Positions 23,823-34,130 of a stretch of 64,000 nt of DNA are shown here, piece after piece. This DNA comes from a virus. The first letter of the stretch is position 1. Every line of letters starts with the position of its first letter. Both the position numbers and the translations under genes were made by a program. The stretch is taken from IMG/VR virus record IMGVR_UViG_3300044638_007100; one strand, written 5' to 3'. The notes under the pieces were generated by a model, which saw nothing but the letters and a program-made list of their open reading frames with translations, made no database searches and was not told where the DNA came from.

Positions 23823-24379
23823 TACTTATAATGTAAATAGGCACTCATAATATACTTTGGATTTCCGATAGGAGGATTACCTTTATGAGGAAACATCCAA
23901 AGTGGTGGAAACATCACTAATGTTCCTTTTTTTGGTTGAATTACTAAATCCTTGAAGACAGTTTCTCCACCAGAATCAACATCATTTAAATACCACATAA
24001 AAGATAAAAATCTTCTTGATGATGAATATTCAATAACATCTACATGAGTATCGAAACGATCTTCTCCCCCAGGATTGTACTTCTTTATTCTAAATTGTTC
24101 AAGTGCATGTTCTTCTGGAAAAACTCTTGAATCAGTAAATTCATAATACTTATCACGATATTCAAATATTTTTCGAATGATGTGATTATGAACTTGATTG
24201 ACTTCTGAGGTTATATCTCTGTTTTCAGTTAGATTAAATTGAGTAAAATTTGGTTTCCCTTCATTATTATAACGTTCATGCTTATCTGGAACTTGATCAA
24301 AAAGAGAAATCAAAAAATCACAAATATTTGCTTCTAAAGCATTTTCATACACATGAATAAAATCATTCAGTTCATCCAT
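23822..24379 (-). CDS. 2OG-Fe(II) oxygenase
   Basis: HVD...YLND...GGET...H...KY motifs; start at MDELND. Confidence 0.85.
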   Translation of the reverse strand: MDELNDFIHVYENALEANICDFLISLFDQVPDKHERYNNEGKPNFTQFNLTENRDITSEVNQVHNHIIRKIFEYRDKYYEFTDSRVFPEEHALEQFRIKKYNPGGEDRFDTHVDVIEYSSSRRFLSFMWYLNDVDSGGETVFKDLVIQPKKGTLVMFPPLWMFPHKGNPPIGNPKYIMSAYLHYK

Positions 24380-25373
24380 AAGAGAATTGTTGTTTTGCGA
24401 TGGCGTCAAGTTTGTTCATAATTTCTTCAGTGAAATATTCCTCTGGATTAGCAAGGATCTGTTTGGCATAAATCTTCTTACCATTCATCTCATAACGACC
24501 CGCTACATTCTTCCAGAGTCCACCAATCTCACCAAGTTCTAGAAGACCATAATAACGATCAAGACCTCGCTCATCATAATACAGACGGACTTCAACATCT
24601 TGATTCTCCTTACTCAAACGTGATTTATGAGTCTTTGCCTTAATAATGTTTCCGATGACTTCTGTTCCGTCTTTCTCCTTTTTCTTGCTGAGATAGATGA
24701 TAGTAGAAGCGGCATACTTAAGACCACTACCACCACCCATTTCTTTTGTGGGAACATAAGCGCCGATAACATCATAGGTGTGATTAGTAACGATCATAGG
24801 AATATTTGCCTTACCCAACTTCAGAGTAAGCATACGAAATGCCCCCTTAATTAGTTGAGATTTGGTCATGTCACGAACTTCCTTATCATTCAGAGCATCA
24901 TTAATCTCTTTACTGGTTGAAAGCATTCCCAGAGAGTCTAGCACGAACATACAAGGATTACGTTCCCCTTCTGGTTTCTTCATATACATATCAACTGCCT
25001 TGAGTGCCTTACCACGAAACTCTTCTACAGTTACAACATTAACCACGACAAGGCGTGATGTGTCGATGCCGCGACTCTCCAAGAGTGATTTTGTAATGGC
25101 AGCTTCAGTATCAAAGTAGAGACAATAACCATCGGGATTATTATTGAGAAAATTCTTAACCACGGCGAGGCTGAAGAAAGTCTTTCCAGTAGAAGACTCT
25201 CCAGCAATAGCAGTAATCTTATTGCCAGATACACCACCAAAAATACTACCTGAAACCAGTGCGTTAAAAATGTACGAACCCGTGTCAACATAAGTCTCTG
25301 TCTCATCAATATCAGATGCTAATTTTGTATAATCATCACCGATTTCTTTTACAATATCTTTTAAAAAATCCAT
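24372..25373 (-). CDS. uvsX: RecA-like recombinase
   Basis: GESSTGKT, LDSLGML and MGGGSGLKY motifs. Confidence 0.95.
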   Translation of the reverse strand: MDFLKDIVKEIGDDYTKLASDIDETETYVDTGSYIFNALVSGSIFGGVSGNKITAIAGESSTGKTFFSLAVVKNFLNNNPDGYCLYFDTEAAITKSLLESRGIDTSRLVVVNVVTVEEFRGKALKAVDMYMKKPEGERNPCMFVLDSLGMLSTSKEINDALNDKEVRDMTKSQLIKGAFRMLTLKLGKANIPMIVTNHTYDVIGAYVPTKEMGGGSGLKYAASTIIYLSKKKEKDGTEVIGNIIKAKTHKSRLSKENQDVEVRLYYDERGLDRYYGLLELGEIGGLWKNVAGRYEMNGKKIYAKQILANPEEYFTEEIMNKLDAIAKQQFSYG

Positions 25374-27874
25374 TAGAAGAAAAATAAATCAAGGTTTACA
25401 GTTTTTTCCACATTCCACCCAATTGCATCGAGAATAGATTTGAGAGGGTCAATAAAACTCTTCTCAAATTGTAATTCATAGTCGATGTATTTGTCAAGAC
25501 CAAGTTCCTTAGGAAAAACTTGAATGAAAGAGATCACATTTTCCTGAATGATATTTGGTTTCTTAAGAAAAATATATTTAACCTTTTCACCATTATTAAT
25601 CAGCGAATATTTATTAGTAAGTTTTTTCTGCTTGATATAATGATTGAAAAGAAGTGCTCCACGAACCTGAATTGGAGTTTTGGGTGCATAGATGTTTGAT
25701 GATGAATAATATTTACGAATATCAGAAGCAGTTCTGGGAAAAGCAATCTGTTCTGGTGGAAGTTTCCTAAACTCATCACGACATTTATCAATGAACTGAA
25801 TCACATCATCCTCAGTTCCACTCATCAGAATCTTAAAGGAATCTTTCAGCATCTTACGACAAGGCGCTGGAGTAGAAGACTTAATTGCCTCAATACCCTT
25901 GATTTTCAATTTAGGTTCCTCATAACGAACACCTTCACTATCCCACACGCTCAGAATGTATCGTTTCTTCGCAGTCCAAATACCACGTTCAGCAATACAT
26001 TCACGCTTCATGATCATCTTTTGATCATAGGCATTTACATAGTCTGCCAATTTTTGGTAAGAACTTTCAATATATTTTTCAAATTCCACTTGACAGACCT
26101 TATCAAGGAACGACACAACGTTTTGAGTAATTTTCTCTCTTCCCTTGAATACAGTTTCAACCAAAGGGCCCATATGGACATAAAGAGAATCGGTATCAGA
26201 AGCAATAACATAATCAACATCATCGGTTTTAAGAACTTTGTTTAAATACCTATTCATAGAATTCATAATCCACTGAATAGAAACCTGCCCAGACAGAGTG
26301 ATTGCCTCTGCATTTGCTAGTTTAAAATATCGGAAATATTGATTGCCGATAGCACCATAAGCAGAGTTAAGTTGAATCTTCCTTGCCATCTGAATATTAT
26401 TGCAACGGGAGATTTCTTTTAGAAGTTGTTTGTTCTTTGTCTTCTCATATTCCTGCTCCGCAGCAAGCATCTTCTTTTTGAAGATCACACGTTCATTATA
26501 GATCTTTTCCATCAATTCTGGAAGAAATCCACGCACATCTTTACGATACATCGCTCCGTTCGCACAAACGGCATAATCCTTATAGAGTTCAAAATTCAAT
26601 TGCTCATTCAGAATCTTATCAACATTTACGGACGGATGTTTCTCTTCCAGAAGAGTTTCTGGCGAGATGTTGTATTGCATAATGAGATGAGGGTATAGGG
26701 AGTTGAGGTCAAAAGACACAACCCAGTCATACTTTCCAGGAATAGGTTCTTTAACATACGCACCAGCATACTTTGAATCCTTATCAGAACGTTCTTTAGG
26801 AGGAATCGCAATATTCCTCTTCTTCAGGTAGTTATAAATGATTGTATCCCACATCCGAACCTGAGAGAACACATCAGCATAGTTCGCCTTTGCGTCATAT
26901 GCCATCGTGATCGCAAGTTCAATCAGTTTCATCTTGTCTTCCAAACGGTCAACAAGTTCTACGTCAACGATGTTATACTCTACGAACTTCTGCCAACCCT
27001 TTGTATAGAAATCCTTGAAGGTTTCATACTCAGAGTGATCCAGTTTCTTCTGTCCCAGTTCTACTTCGGCAATATAATCCAGTCGATAAGATTCCTGTGC
27101 CTTATAGGTGAATTTCTTATAAAGATTCAGGTAATCGAGTTGAGTAATTCCACCGACATCGTAAGCAATGTGCTTACGCCCAGAGATGTAAACCTCAGAT
27201 TCAGTAACAAGACCCCAAGGAGACATACGCTTCATCAGTTTCTCACCGAGAACACGATCCAAACGGCGAACAAGATATGGAATATCATACAGTTCAATAT
27301 TCCAACCAGTCACAACCTCAGGAGCATTTTCCTCAACCATCCACCAGTTAATAAAGTCCATCAGAAGATCCCGTTCATTCGTGAAGGATCTATAAATGAC
27401 GTTCTTCTGTTTGTTCTGAAAGGGACCAGATCCCCAAGTGCGAATTTGCTTGGAAGAATAGTCCTGAATAGTAATCAACAGAACTTCTTCGGCAGCAGAC
27501 TCTACATCTGGGAATCCGTTTTCGGAAGCAACCTCAATATCCAAAGTAGAAACCTTGATTTTACTGATATCAAATTTGACTTCCTCTTCAGGATACATTT
27601 CAGAAATGTATTGATAAATGTATCCTGTATTTCCATGAATTTTAAAGTTTTCTACGTTCTCATACTTCTTAATAAACTCACGACAGTCACGAACACATCC
27701 AGGTTGAACTGCTTCAACATACTCGCCATTTAGAGTTTGATATTTAGTTTTTTTATTAGAAGGGACAAAAAGAGTCGGGTTAAACTTCTCACGAGTCATG
27801 AAATGTTTTCCATTTTCATAACCACGAACCAAGAAGTGATCCCCGACCATTTGAACGTTTGTGTAAAATCTCAT
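25373..27874 (-). CDS. gp43: Family B DNA polymerase
   Basis: DIEV exonuclease; SFDLNSLYP, KIQLNSAYG and SDTDS motifs; uninterrupted. Confidence 0.97.
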   Translation of the reverse strand: MRFYTNVQMVGDHFLVRGYENGKHFMTREKFNPTLFVPSNKKTKYQTLNGEYVEAVQPGCVRDCREFIKKYENVENFKIHGNTGYIYQYISEMYPEEEVKFDISKIKVSTLDIEVASENGFPDVESAAEEVLLITIQDYSSKQIRTWGSGPFQNKQKNVIYRSFTNERDLLMDFINWWMVEENAPEVVTGWNIELYDIPYLVRRLDRVLGEKLMKRMSPWGLVTESEVYISGRKHIAYDVGGITQLDYLNLYKKFTYKAQESYRLDYIAEVELGQKKLDHSEYETFKDFYTKGWQKFVEYNIVDVELVDRLEDKMKLIELAITMAYDAKANYADVFSQVRMWDTIIYNYLKKRNIAIPPKERSDKDSKYAGAYVKEPIPGKYDWVVSFDLNSLYPHLIMQYNISPETLLEEKHPSVNVDKILNEQLNFELYKDYAVCANGAMYRKDVRGFLPELMEKIYNERVIFKKKMLAAEQEYEKTKNKQLLKEISRCNNIQMARKIQLNSAYGAIGNQYFRYFKLANAEAITLSGQVSIQWIMNSMNRYLNKVLKTDDVDYVIASDTDSLYVHMGPLVETVFKGREKITQNVVSFLDKVCQVEFEKYIESSYQKLADYVNAYDQKMIMKRECIAERGIWTAKKRYILSVWDSEGVRYEEPKLKIKGIEAIKSSTPAPCRKMLKDSFKILMSGTEDDVIQFIDKCRDEFRKLPPEQIAFPRTASDIRKYYSSSNIYAPKTPIQVRGALLFNHYIKQKKLTNKYSLINNGEKVKYIFLKKPNIIQENVISFIQVFPKELGLDKYIDYELQFEKSFIDPLKSILDAIGWNVEKTVNLDLFFF

Positions 27875-28128
27875 CAGGCAGTTAATTCAAGATACTTTTC
27901 AATAATTTCTGGTTTTGGATCTACAATAGTAAGAATACTATCCGAATGAATCATCATTTCTCTTTGCTCTGTAATATCAGGCCAAGGAGTTAGATTACCT
28001 TGAATATCGATTTTATAAGGATTAATGAGTTTACAATCTGGTTCTCCAAGTTCGGAACCAATTTCAATAATCTCAGTAACAATTACGTTATCAACTTTCA
28101 GTAAAAGACACTTGATCGATTTGTCCAT
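27874..28128 (-). CDS. Conserved hypothetical protein
   Basis: 84 aa, coupled to gp43; resembles the neighbouring ORF. Confidence 0.75.
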   Translation of the reverse strand: MDKSIKCLLLKVDNVIVTEIIEIGSELGEPDCKLINPYKIDIQGNLTPWPDITEQREMMIHSDSILTIVDPKPEIIEKYLELTA

Positions 28129-28423
28129 TTAATTTTTCCTCATACATTTCTTTGATGGTTTGAATAGGTTCCACAATTGTAACAATCCAATCAGGTGGAA
28201 CTGGTATTTGATTATCACTTGTTAAAATAATCCAAGGAGATAAGGAAACTTCTAAATCCGCTTTTGAATTCTCATTTTCCTCAACTAAAAGAAAACTCTT
28301 TCTAGTTTCAATCTTATGTGGATGATTGAATAAGAATCCACAAACTTTTTCTTCAGAAATTAGTTCTTTGATATCGGAAATAATTGTTTCTCCAGATTTT
28401 AATAACGCTAATTTAATTGACAT
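28091..28423 (-). CDS. Conserved hypothetical protein
   Basis: MSIKLALLKSGETIISD...LSPWI...VTIVEP. Confidence 0.75.
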   Translation of the reverse strand: MSIKLALLKSGETIISDIKELISEEKVCGFLFNHPHKIETRKSFLLVEENENSKADLEVSLSPWIILTSDNQIPVPPDWIVTIVEPIQTIKEMYEEKLNGQIDQVSFTES

Positions 28424-28445
28424 GTCTCAAATCATTCCTCATTCC

Positions 28446-28474
28446 ATTATAGCAAAAAAAGAGGGAGGCGTCAA
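28446..28474 (-). promoter_or_regulatory. sigma70 promoter inside the hsp20 terminator
   Basis: TTGACG-17-TATAAT. Confidence 0.7.
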
Positions 28475-28521
28475 CTGGTTTTTACCAGTTGCCCCCCAGC
28501 GCCGACAATAGTCAATTATAT

Positions 28522-28962
28522 TTAGAGATAGTCTTTCCTCTTATGATGTTCTGGAATAATTCTACCAAGAGTAACCACCAAAAGACCATTCTCAAAATCA
28601 ACTGACTTAACTTCAGTGTCATCAGAAAGTGTCCATGCTCGTTTAAAGGATCTTTGCGCTAATCCCTTATGAACATAATTGGTTTCTGTTTCTTTGTCTT
28701 CTTTCTGCCCCTCCACAAAAAGTTTTCCGTCTTGAGTGTAGACAAAGACTTCTTTTTTCTTAAATCCAGCAAGTGCAAGTTCTAATCTTGATTCCACATT
28801 ACTTACTTGTACAAGATTATAAGGTGGGTAATTAGATGTAGTTTCGTGAAGATTAAATAGACGATCAAAATACTCATCCATTCCAATGCTATGACGAGTA
28901 ATCCTGTCCATCAAAGCAGGCAAATCCGCAGATGTAAACCGCGAGGTTGCAAGGTTAGTCAT
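28522..28962 (-). CDS. hsp20: Small heat-shock protein
   Basis: YPPYN...LALAGF...HKGLAQRSF...NGLL. Confidence 0.93.
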   Translation of the reverse strand: MTNLATSRFTSADLPALMDRITRHSIGMDEYFDRLFNLHETTSNYPPYNLVQVSNVESRLELALAGFKKKEVFVYTQDGKLFVEGQKEDKETETNYVHKGLAQRSFKRAWTLSDDTEVKSVDFENGLLVVTLGRIIPEHHKRKDYL

Positions 28963-29070
28963 TATAGTAGCTCCTTTTTAAGCGAGTTTGTGTTTTGTGG
29001 ATCCTTTTTGGCATCCAGTACTAATTATACAACAAATACAAAAAAAGGGAGTGTTGAACTCCCTAATAAA

Positions 29071-29511
29071 TCATTCGGTTTCTTCACCTCTTTTTTTCTT
29101 GGAACCAATATTATATTTGGTTTCCAAAATCCAATCTCCTTTATCCTTATAGGCAAGGACTTTAATTTGATTTAGTGGTGCAATATCTTGAATTTTTTTA
29201 ACATCAATAATTGTAATTAATCCCCAATCTGCAAGAAGTTGGGCAATACGATTACGACGTTGAACATCATTTACAGTCAGATTGGCATGTTTACCATCCA
29301 ATGCAAAAAGTTCCTTAAAATGTACAAGATAATATCTACCCTGCTTGTGCAGAATATGACAAGACTGATAGATTTTCTTTTCCTTTCTTGAAGCAACTCC
29401 AATACGGGTCAAAGTCTCACGAACCTTTAAAAAGTCATCAGGTTCATTAAGAATCACTTCCACCATTTGATCGGGCGTCCACTTTACTTCAGGTTCTTGA
29501 ACGACACTCAT
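29071..29511 (-). CDS. regA: Translational repressor
   Basis: DDFLKVRETLTRIG...CHILHKQGRYYLVHFKELF. Confidence 0.95.
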   Translation of the reverse strand: MSVVQEPEVKWTPDQMVEVILNEPDDFLKVRETLTRIGVASRKEKKIYQSCHILHKQGRYYLVHFKELFALDGKHANLTVNDVQRRNRIAQLLADWGLITIIDVKKIQDIAPLNQIKVLAYKDKGDWILETKYNIGSKKKRGEETE

Positions 29512-29888
29512 TTTGTTCCTCCAGTTTCAAATTTTGATTTTATAAAAGTAAGTTGTTCTTTTGTAAGAATCCTCAAAGCCTGTTTTGCCTTTTCATTACT
29601 ATAACCATAGTAACGTTTAACATAATCAAGATCTTTGATTGTATCTTTACGGAGCCAGGGAGAAAATCTCTTCTTTTTCCTCAGACTATTTATAAAAAAG
29701 TCATATTGCATTTTCTTTGAAAGGAATGAGTACATATTCATTTCATTCGCAAACATAATAGAATCAATATGACCAGAAAAACAACGATTAATAATATACG
29801 GATTGTATTCTTTTTCTAAAGATGGATCCTCATCAATTAGATTTTTTTTCGTTTGATTGATTGAATTTAACCAGTCTTTTAATTCCAT
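29508..29888 (-). CDS. gp62: Clamp loader small subunit
   Basis: MELKDWLNSIN...YYGYSNEKA. Confidence 0.92.
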   Translation of the reverse strand: MELKDWLNSINQTKKNLIDEDPSLEKEYNPYIINRCFSGHIDSIMFANEMNMYSFLSKKMQYDFFINSLRKKKRFSPWLRKDTIKDLDYVKRYYGYSNEKAKQALRILTKEQLTFIKSKFETGGTK

Positions 29889-29889
29889 A

Positions 29890-30948
29890 TTATCTAATAA
29901 TTTCCAAGTTTGAATGTGCTGTCCACAACTCAAGTTCTGTTCTTAATTTATGTTCTGACTTGAGTTTTTCATACCTTTTAGATGCTTTTCTTTTCCACCA
30001 TTCGATGACTTCTTGTGGTTCGTATCCAAACTTAGAGATATAATACCTTTTCTTTTCAGTGAGTGATTTTGCATGTTCGATGCAAGATTTAAACTCAAGT
30101 AGTTTTGAGGCATCACAAAGAGACTTTGTGATGATTGAAATCATCTTGGTTTGAATTTTTAATTTCTTAGATGATTTATCTGCAGAAATTAATCGTTCTC
30201 CACCGTTTGCATTATTATTGAACCACCAAAACATATCTCTAAAATAATCATCATGAAATAATGGAAGAAAATTACTTTCAGTATCTCCTATGTGTCGAAT
30301 ATAAGGTTTAAGACCATCATACATGGATACTCCTTTTGTTGTACCGTATAATGAAGTTGTTTCAAAGTATTGAAGATCAGTTCCATACTTTGCATTAAAT
30401 TGTCGTTTGAGTTCATTAGATGATGCTAGTAGTGCAAGAAGTTTTCCACCAAGATAATTATATCCAAAAGGTTGTACTGGGACAATATTAAATCCCATTA
30501 CAAACTCATGATTAATTTTTGATAATGATAATACTTCACCAAAATAATCATTTCTTGGTTTCGAATTAATAGTTGGTGATCCAAATCTAACTACACCAAC
30601 AATTTTTTTAGTTGTATCTTCAGTTACAATCCATTTAATTGTTCTTCCAGGAATTGCTTCCTCAATTGGATTTGATGCAGTCATGTTCAAAATTTCAGAA
30701 TATAATTCTTGATTATATTTTGTTTTTGGTTTTGAACTAGTATCAACTTCATGAATTGAAAAAGACATGTCATTGGGATGAATACTAAAATTTGAAAAAA
30801 TCTCATCCTCAGGCCCAAATAATTTTCCAGAAGAATTAGAGATTCTACTTTGTTTTACAAATCTTAGATAATCATCAATTCTATTGAATTTTGAATAATA
30901 CTCAATAAATTGATCTGCCGCCCAAATGGCATTTTCTGGAGATAGCAT
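29890..30948 (-). CDS. DUF4338 / DruA-like domain protein
   Basis: PFGYNYLGGKLLALL and ETTSLYG...SMYDGL motifs. Confidence 0.6.
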   Translation of the reverse strand: MLSPENAIWAADQFIEYYSKFNRIDDYLRFVKQSRISNSSGKLFGPEDEIFSNFSIHPNDMSFSIHEVDTSSKPKTKYNQELYSEILNMTASNPIEEAIPGRTIKWIVTEDTTKKIVGVVRFGSPTINSKPRNDYFGEVLSLSKINHEFVMGFNIVPVQPFGYNYLGGKLLALLASSNELKRQFNAKYGTDLQYFETTSLYGTTKGVSMYDGLKPYIRHIGDTESNFLPLFHDDYFRDMFWWFNNNANGGERLISADKSSKKLKIQTKMISIITKSLCDASKLLEFKSCIEHAKSLTEKKRYYISKFGYEPQEVIEWWKRKASKRYEKLKSEHKLRTELELWTAHSNLEIIR

Positions 30949-30950
30949 AA

Positions 30951-31502
30951 TTAAACCAAAAACCTTTTTTCATATTCTAACAGGTCTTTTGGTGTTTCAA
31001 TAACATTTGTATCTAAAGAAACTGCTTCGCTCCAACGACCATGCTTTTGGGGACGAAACCAAAGATTAATTCCCAAATAATTATATTTTTTATTTGTAGG
31101 AACATGAATTAAATAATCTTGTCCATTATTTTCTGTGAGCGCCGAAAGAGCAATGTTTTCTTGTTGAGTTACCATAACCGTTTTACAAGATTCCCAAAAA
31201 ATCTCTTCAAAAACAGAATATTTAGAAAGATATTTATCTGGATTATCCATAATCATTCTTCCAATAAATTGGGGAGAAAGACAGTGATCATAAACAACCT
31301 TTTTACGATTAATTTTATTCTTTAATGCTTCTTCACTTACAAAACCTGTAAAATTAGAAAGACCACAATCAAAAACATTAATATAATAAATTCTAGTAAT
31401 TGGACGGTAAAATTCTACTTTACCCCAATATTCAAGATTTGCCTTCAAGGAATTGAATGAAGTTTTGCAATATGCCTTCCAGTCTTTTTTAATTTTTTTC
31501 AT
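30951..31502 (-). CDS. Hypothetical protein
   Basis: 183 aa from MKKIKKDW; VVYDHCLSPQ may be a nuclease-like motif. Confidence 0.7.
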   Translation of the reverse strand: MKKIKKDWKAYCKTSFNSLKANLEYWGKVEFYRPITRIYYINVFDCGLSNFTGFVSEEALKNKINRKKVVYDHCLSPQFIGRMIMDNPDKYLSKYSVFEEIFWESCKTVMVTQQENIALSALTENNGQDYLIHVPTNKKYNYLGINLWFRPQKHGRWSEAVSLDTNVIETPKDLLEYEKRFLV

Positions 31503-31698
31503 AATCAGGTTTATTATACTTAAGGTATTCAAAAAAAGTAAGTTTCATTTCTTTCTGCGTCATGCCACAATGTTTAGCAGCAGCAGGAAGAGTCATTTTA
31601 GCACGAAAGAGACCTTCGTTTGCTTCTTTAACATTTTCGGGAGTCGTTTTAACTGGATTCTCCTTTAAGGATTTATAATCAATTTTATAGGGATTCAT
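31489..31698 (-). CDS. Conserved small HTH-like protein
   Basis: MTLPAAAKHCGMTQKEMK; ATGA coupled to gp44. Confidence 0.7.
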   Translation of the reverse strand: MNPYKIDYKSLKENPVKTTPENVKEANEGLFRAKMTLPAAAKHCGMTQKEMKLTFFEYLKYNKPDYEKN

Positions 31699-32639
31699 TG
31701 GAACTCACACTCACACATTATTTCAGTTAATGCTGCCAAAAGATTTATCTCCTGATCAACACAAAAAGCTGACTGATACTGATACTTAGCAATAATGAGA
31801 ACAGCAGCAGGAATAGATTGGGCAAGTAAATAATCATAAGAAGCGTCATAAATCCTACGAAGTAAGACCGGAGCATCGTTATCAAGGTTGGAAACCACCC
31901 ACTTACGGACTTCTGTGAAATTCTTTTCTTTGAGATTCTTGATGAGTTCATTTACTGAAACGTCTGAGAAAGATGCAAGAATTCCAGTGTCAATTTTCCC
32001 ACCAGTAGAATACCTTTGACATTCGTTGAGAACACGACGAAAATCTGGAAAATGTTTTGAGACCAGTTCTGCAACGACCTTTTCATCATATTCAATCCTT
32101 TCTTGATCAAGGATTTGAAGAACTCTTTTGAAGAATGCTCCAGCAAGTTGTTGCTTCTGTTTTCCTTTGATTGTGAAGTCAATGACGGCACAACGGGAAT
32201 GGAGGGGTTCAATAATTTTGTTCTTGTAGTTACAGGTGAAGATGAATCTGCAGTTATTATAAAATGCCTCAATATTCGCCCGTAGTAGGAGTTGAACATC
32301 CGAAGTTGTATTATCTGCTTCGTCTACAATGATGACTTTGTGTTTAGAAGATCCCGTAAGTGAGACAGTAGAAGCAAAGTTCTTTGCTTGGTTCCGAACA
32401 GTATCCAGGAAACGTCCTTCGTCGGATCCATTGATTACATAAAAGTCTGCTCCCAACTCATTACACAACGCCTTTGCGATTGTAGTTTTACCAATACCGG
32501 GAGGTCCAGAAAGAAGGAGATTTGGAATCTCACCCTTCTCCACAAACTCCTTAAAGGTTTTTTTAGTATCATCGGGAAGAATACAATCCTCAATCACTTG
32601 AGGTCTGTATCGTTCCACGAAAAGAAATTCACTTGTCAT
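31695..32639 (-). CDS. gp44: Clamp loader large subunit
   Basis: ERYRP, GPPGIGKTT, DEAD and SRC motifs. Confidence 0.96.
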   Translation of the reverse strand: MTSEFLFVERYRPQVIEDCILPDDTKKTFKEFVEKGEIPNLLLSGPPGIGKTTIAKALCNELGADFYVINGSDEGRFLDTVRNQAKNFASTVSLTGSSKHKVIIVDEADNTTSDVQLLLRANIEAFYNNCRFIFTCNYKNKIIEPLHSRCAVIDFTIKGKQKQQLAGAFFKRVLQILDQERIEYDEKVVAELVSKHFPDFRRVLNECQRYSTGGKIDTGILASFSDVSVNELIKNLKEKNFTEVRKWVVSNLDNDAPVLLRRIYDASYDYLLAQSIPAAVLIIAKYQYQSAFCVDQEINLLAALTEIMCECEFQ

Positions 32640-32961
32640 AATTTATACTTCAATATTAGGTTGAATAATTGACCCATTTAAACGGTTATTTGGATTTGTT
32701 GAATCATAATACCGTCTAATCATTTTTTTATCAACAATGGTTGGTTGTTTTGTAACTGCCACCCCATCAGCAAACCAAACATTATACTCTTTGCAATTAT
32801 CATCAAAATGCTTTGCCAACTGCCAATTTGTTTGGATATGTAGAGTATCTCTTTCTAATTCTTCAGCAGAAGCATATTCCAAAAAAATAGAATAAAGATA
32901 GGAGTCCAACTCTTTTGAAGGATGAAAAAAATAATCTTCCATTACATTCACTTGTCATAAT
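32627..32961. repeat. 16-bp direct repeat (32627-32642 and 32946-32961) flanking one ORF
   Basis: ATTCACTTGTCATAAT occurs twice. Confidence 0.8.
32643..32951 (-). CDS. Hypothetical protein (moron-like)
   Basis: GTG start, or ATG at 32942; fills the space between the direct repeats. Confidence 0.65.
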   Translation of the reverse strand: MNVMEDYFFHPSKELDSYLYSIFLEYASAEELERDTLHIQTNWQLAKHFDDNCKEYNVWFADGVAVTKQPTIVDKKMIRRYYDSTNPNNRLNGSIIQPNIEV

Positions 32962-33103
32962 CTATATAAAAAGAATCTTTTTCAAGAAAGTGGATTTTGT
33001 CATGAATTGCATTTAACGCATTCTGTTTTATTTCCCAGTGGTCTTCATCGTCATTAACGAGAATATTTACCGTTGTTTTTACTTCAACCCTTAGTGCTTT
33101 CAT
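32948..33103 (-). CDS. Small hypothetical protein, 51 aa
   Basis: MKALRVEVKTTVNILVNDDEDHWEIKQNAL...YIDYDK; ATGA overlap with the upstream gene; not in the ORF track. Confidence 0.65.
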   Translation of the reverse strand: MKALRVEVKTTVNILVNDDEDHWEIKQNALNAIHDKIHFLEKDSFYIDYDK

Positions 33104-33627
33104 ATCCAATCAGGTTTTCTTGACGGCATACGAAGATAATTAGATGCAACCCAAGGTTTGGATGCGATATACATCTTGTAAGCAGTAAAAGTGTCAATGC
33201 TTGTGTCAAATTTATACTCATCAGGCATTGCCCTCGTAAATTCTACCACATTTTTGTAGATGGAAATTTCTTTTCCACTTTTAGTAGCAAAGATATTCTC
33301 CGCAACTTCAAGACTTTTCATACAAGAGTGTTCTTTTTCATAACGATGCCGATACTCATTACAAAGAGCATAACCGTGCCGAATCAACCAAGCAAGGTTC
33401 TCATGGGATTTTGCTGCCCATTGAGTACAGGGATGATTGCGGAAGGCACCCTTTTCAGTGTCATATGGAAGACCATCTTTCTTGGGAATGTATCCCCAAT
33501 CATAATACCATTTAGAGAAAATGATAGAAACCATCTGACAGGTCTCCAGAGGCATTTTCACAATATGCTTGTCTGGAAGTACCGCAGCAGAAAGCACAGG
33601 ACATTTATCAGTCACAAAAATGTTCAA
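33100..33627 (-). CDS. Pyrimidine-dimer DNA glycosylase / DenV-family protein
   Basis: MNIF...DKHIVKMPLETCQM...NHPCTQW...EYRHRY. Confidence 0.8.
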   Translation of the reverse strand: MNIFVTDKCPVLSAAVLPDKHIVKMPLETCQMVSIIFSKWYYDWGYIPKKDGLPYDTEKGAFRNHPCTQWAAKSHENLAWLIRHGYALCNEYRHRYEKEHSCMKSLEVAENIFATKSGKEISIYKNVVEFTRAMPDEYKFDTSIDTFTAYKMYIASKPWVASNYLRMPSRKPDWI

Positions 33628-33710
33628 GGTTAGTTCCTCAAAGTTTTCTAATAATTAAAAAGTTGTTCTAACTATTCAAATATATTATCTCTTTTAGAAA
33701 GTTTGCTCTT

Positions 33711-34130
33711 CTAGAAACAATACTTTTGAATTACATACTTAACTTGTTCTGGTTTATCTTCCATCCAATAGGCTTCGTGTTCTATCTGTCTGGATGAAGT
33801 AGACATTCTAACAGAGTTTTCAATATCTTGAAGTTTATTTTGTGGAAGAGGCATATCTTTTAATGGAATATAAAAAGGTTTATATCCTCTGCACATATGA
33901 GCAACATGAGTTGCTTCGTGATATACAGTTTCATTTACATAAAACTTAACATCATTCCCACTATGTTTAATGTTATTCGTACAAATAACTAATTTGTTAG
34001 TATTAACATATCCAAAAAAGTTTTTGTCCCTACAAAACTCAACATTTTCTTTAACTGAATACTTTGCACGAATAACATTTTGAATAATCTCACGACCTAT
34101 AGGAGTCAAATAAAGAAGAAATTCCATCAA
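33711..34130 (-). CDS. HExxH peptidase-like hypothetical protein
   Basis: YHEATHVAHMC...EHEAYWME. Confidence 0.65.
   Translation of the reverse strand: MMEFLLYLTPIGREIIQNVIRAKYSVKENVEFCRDKNFFGYVNTNKLVICTNNIKHSGNDVKFYVNETVYHEATHVAHMCRGYKPFYIPLKDMPLPQNKLQDIENSVRMSTSSRQIEHEAYWMEDKPEQVKYVIQKYCF

Noticed and set aside
32948-33103. Apparent frameshift in the small ORF upstream of the moron
   Set aside because: Recounting the A run shows an intact 51-codon ORF
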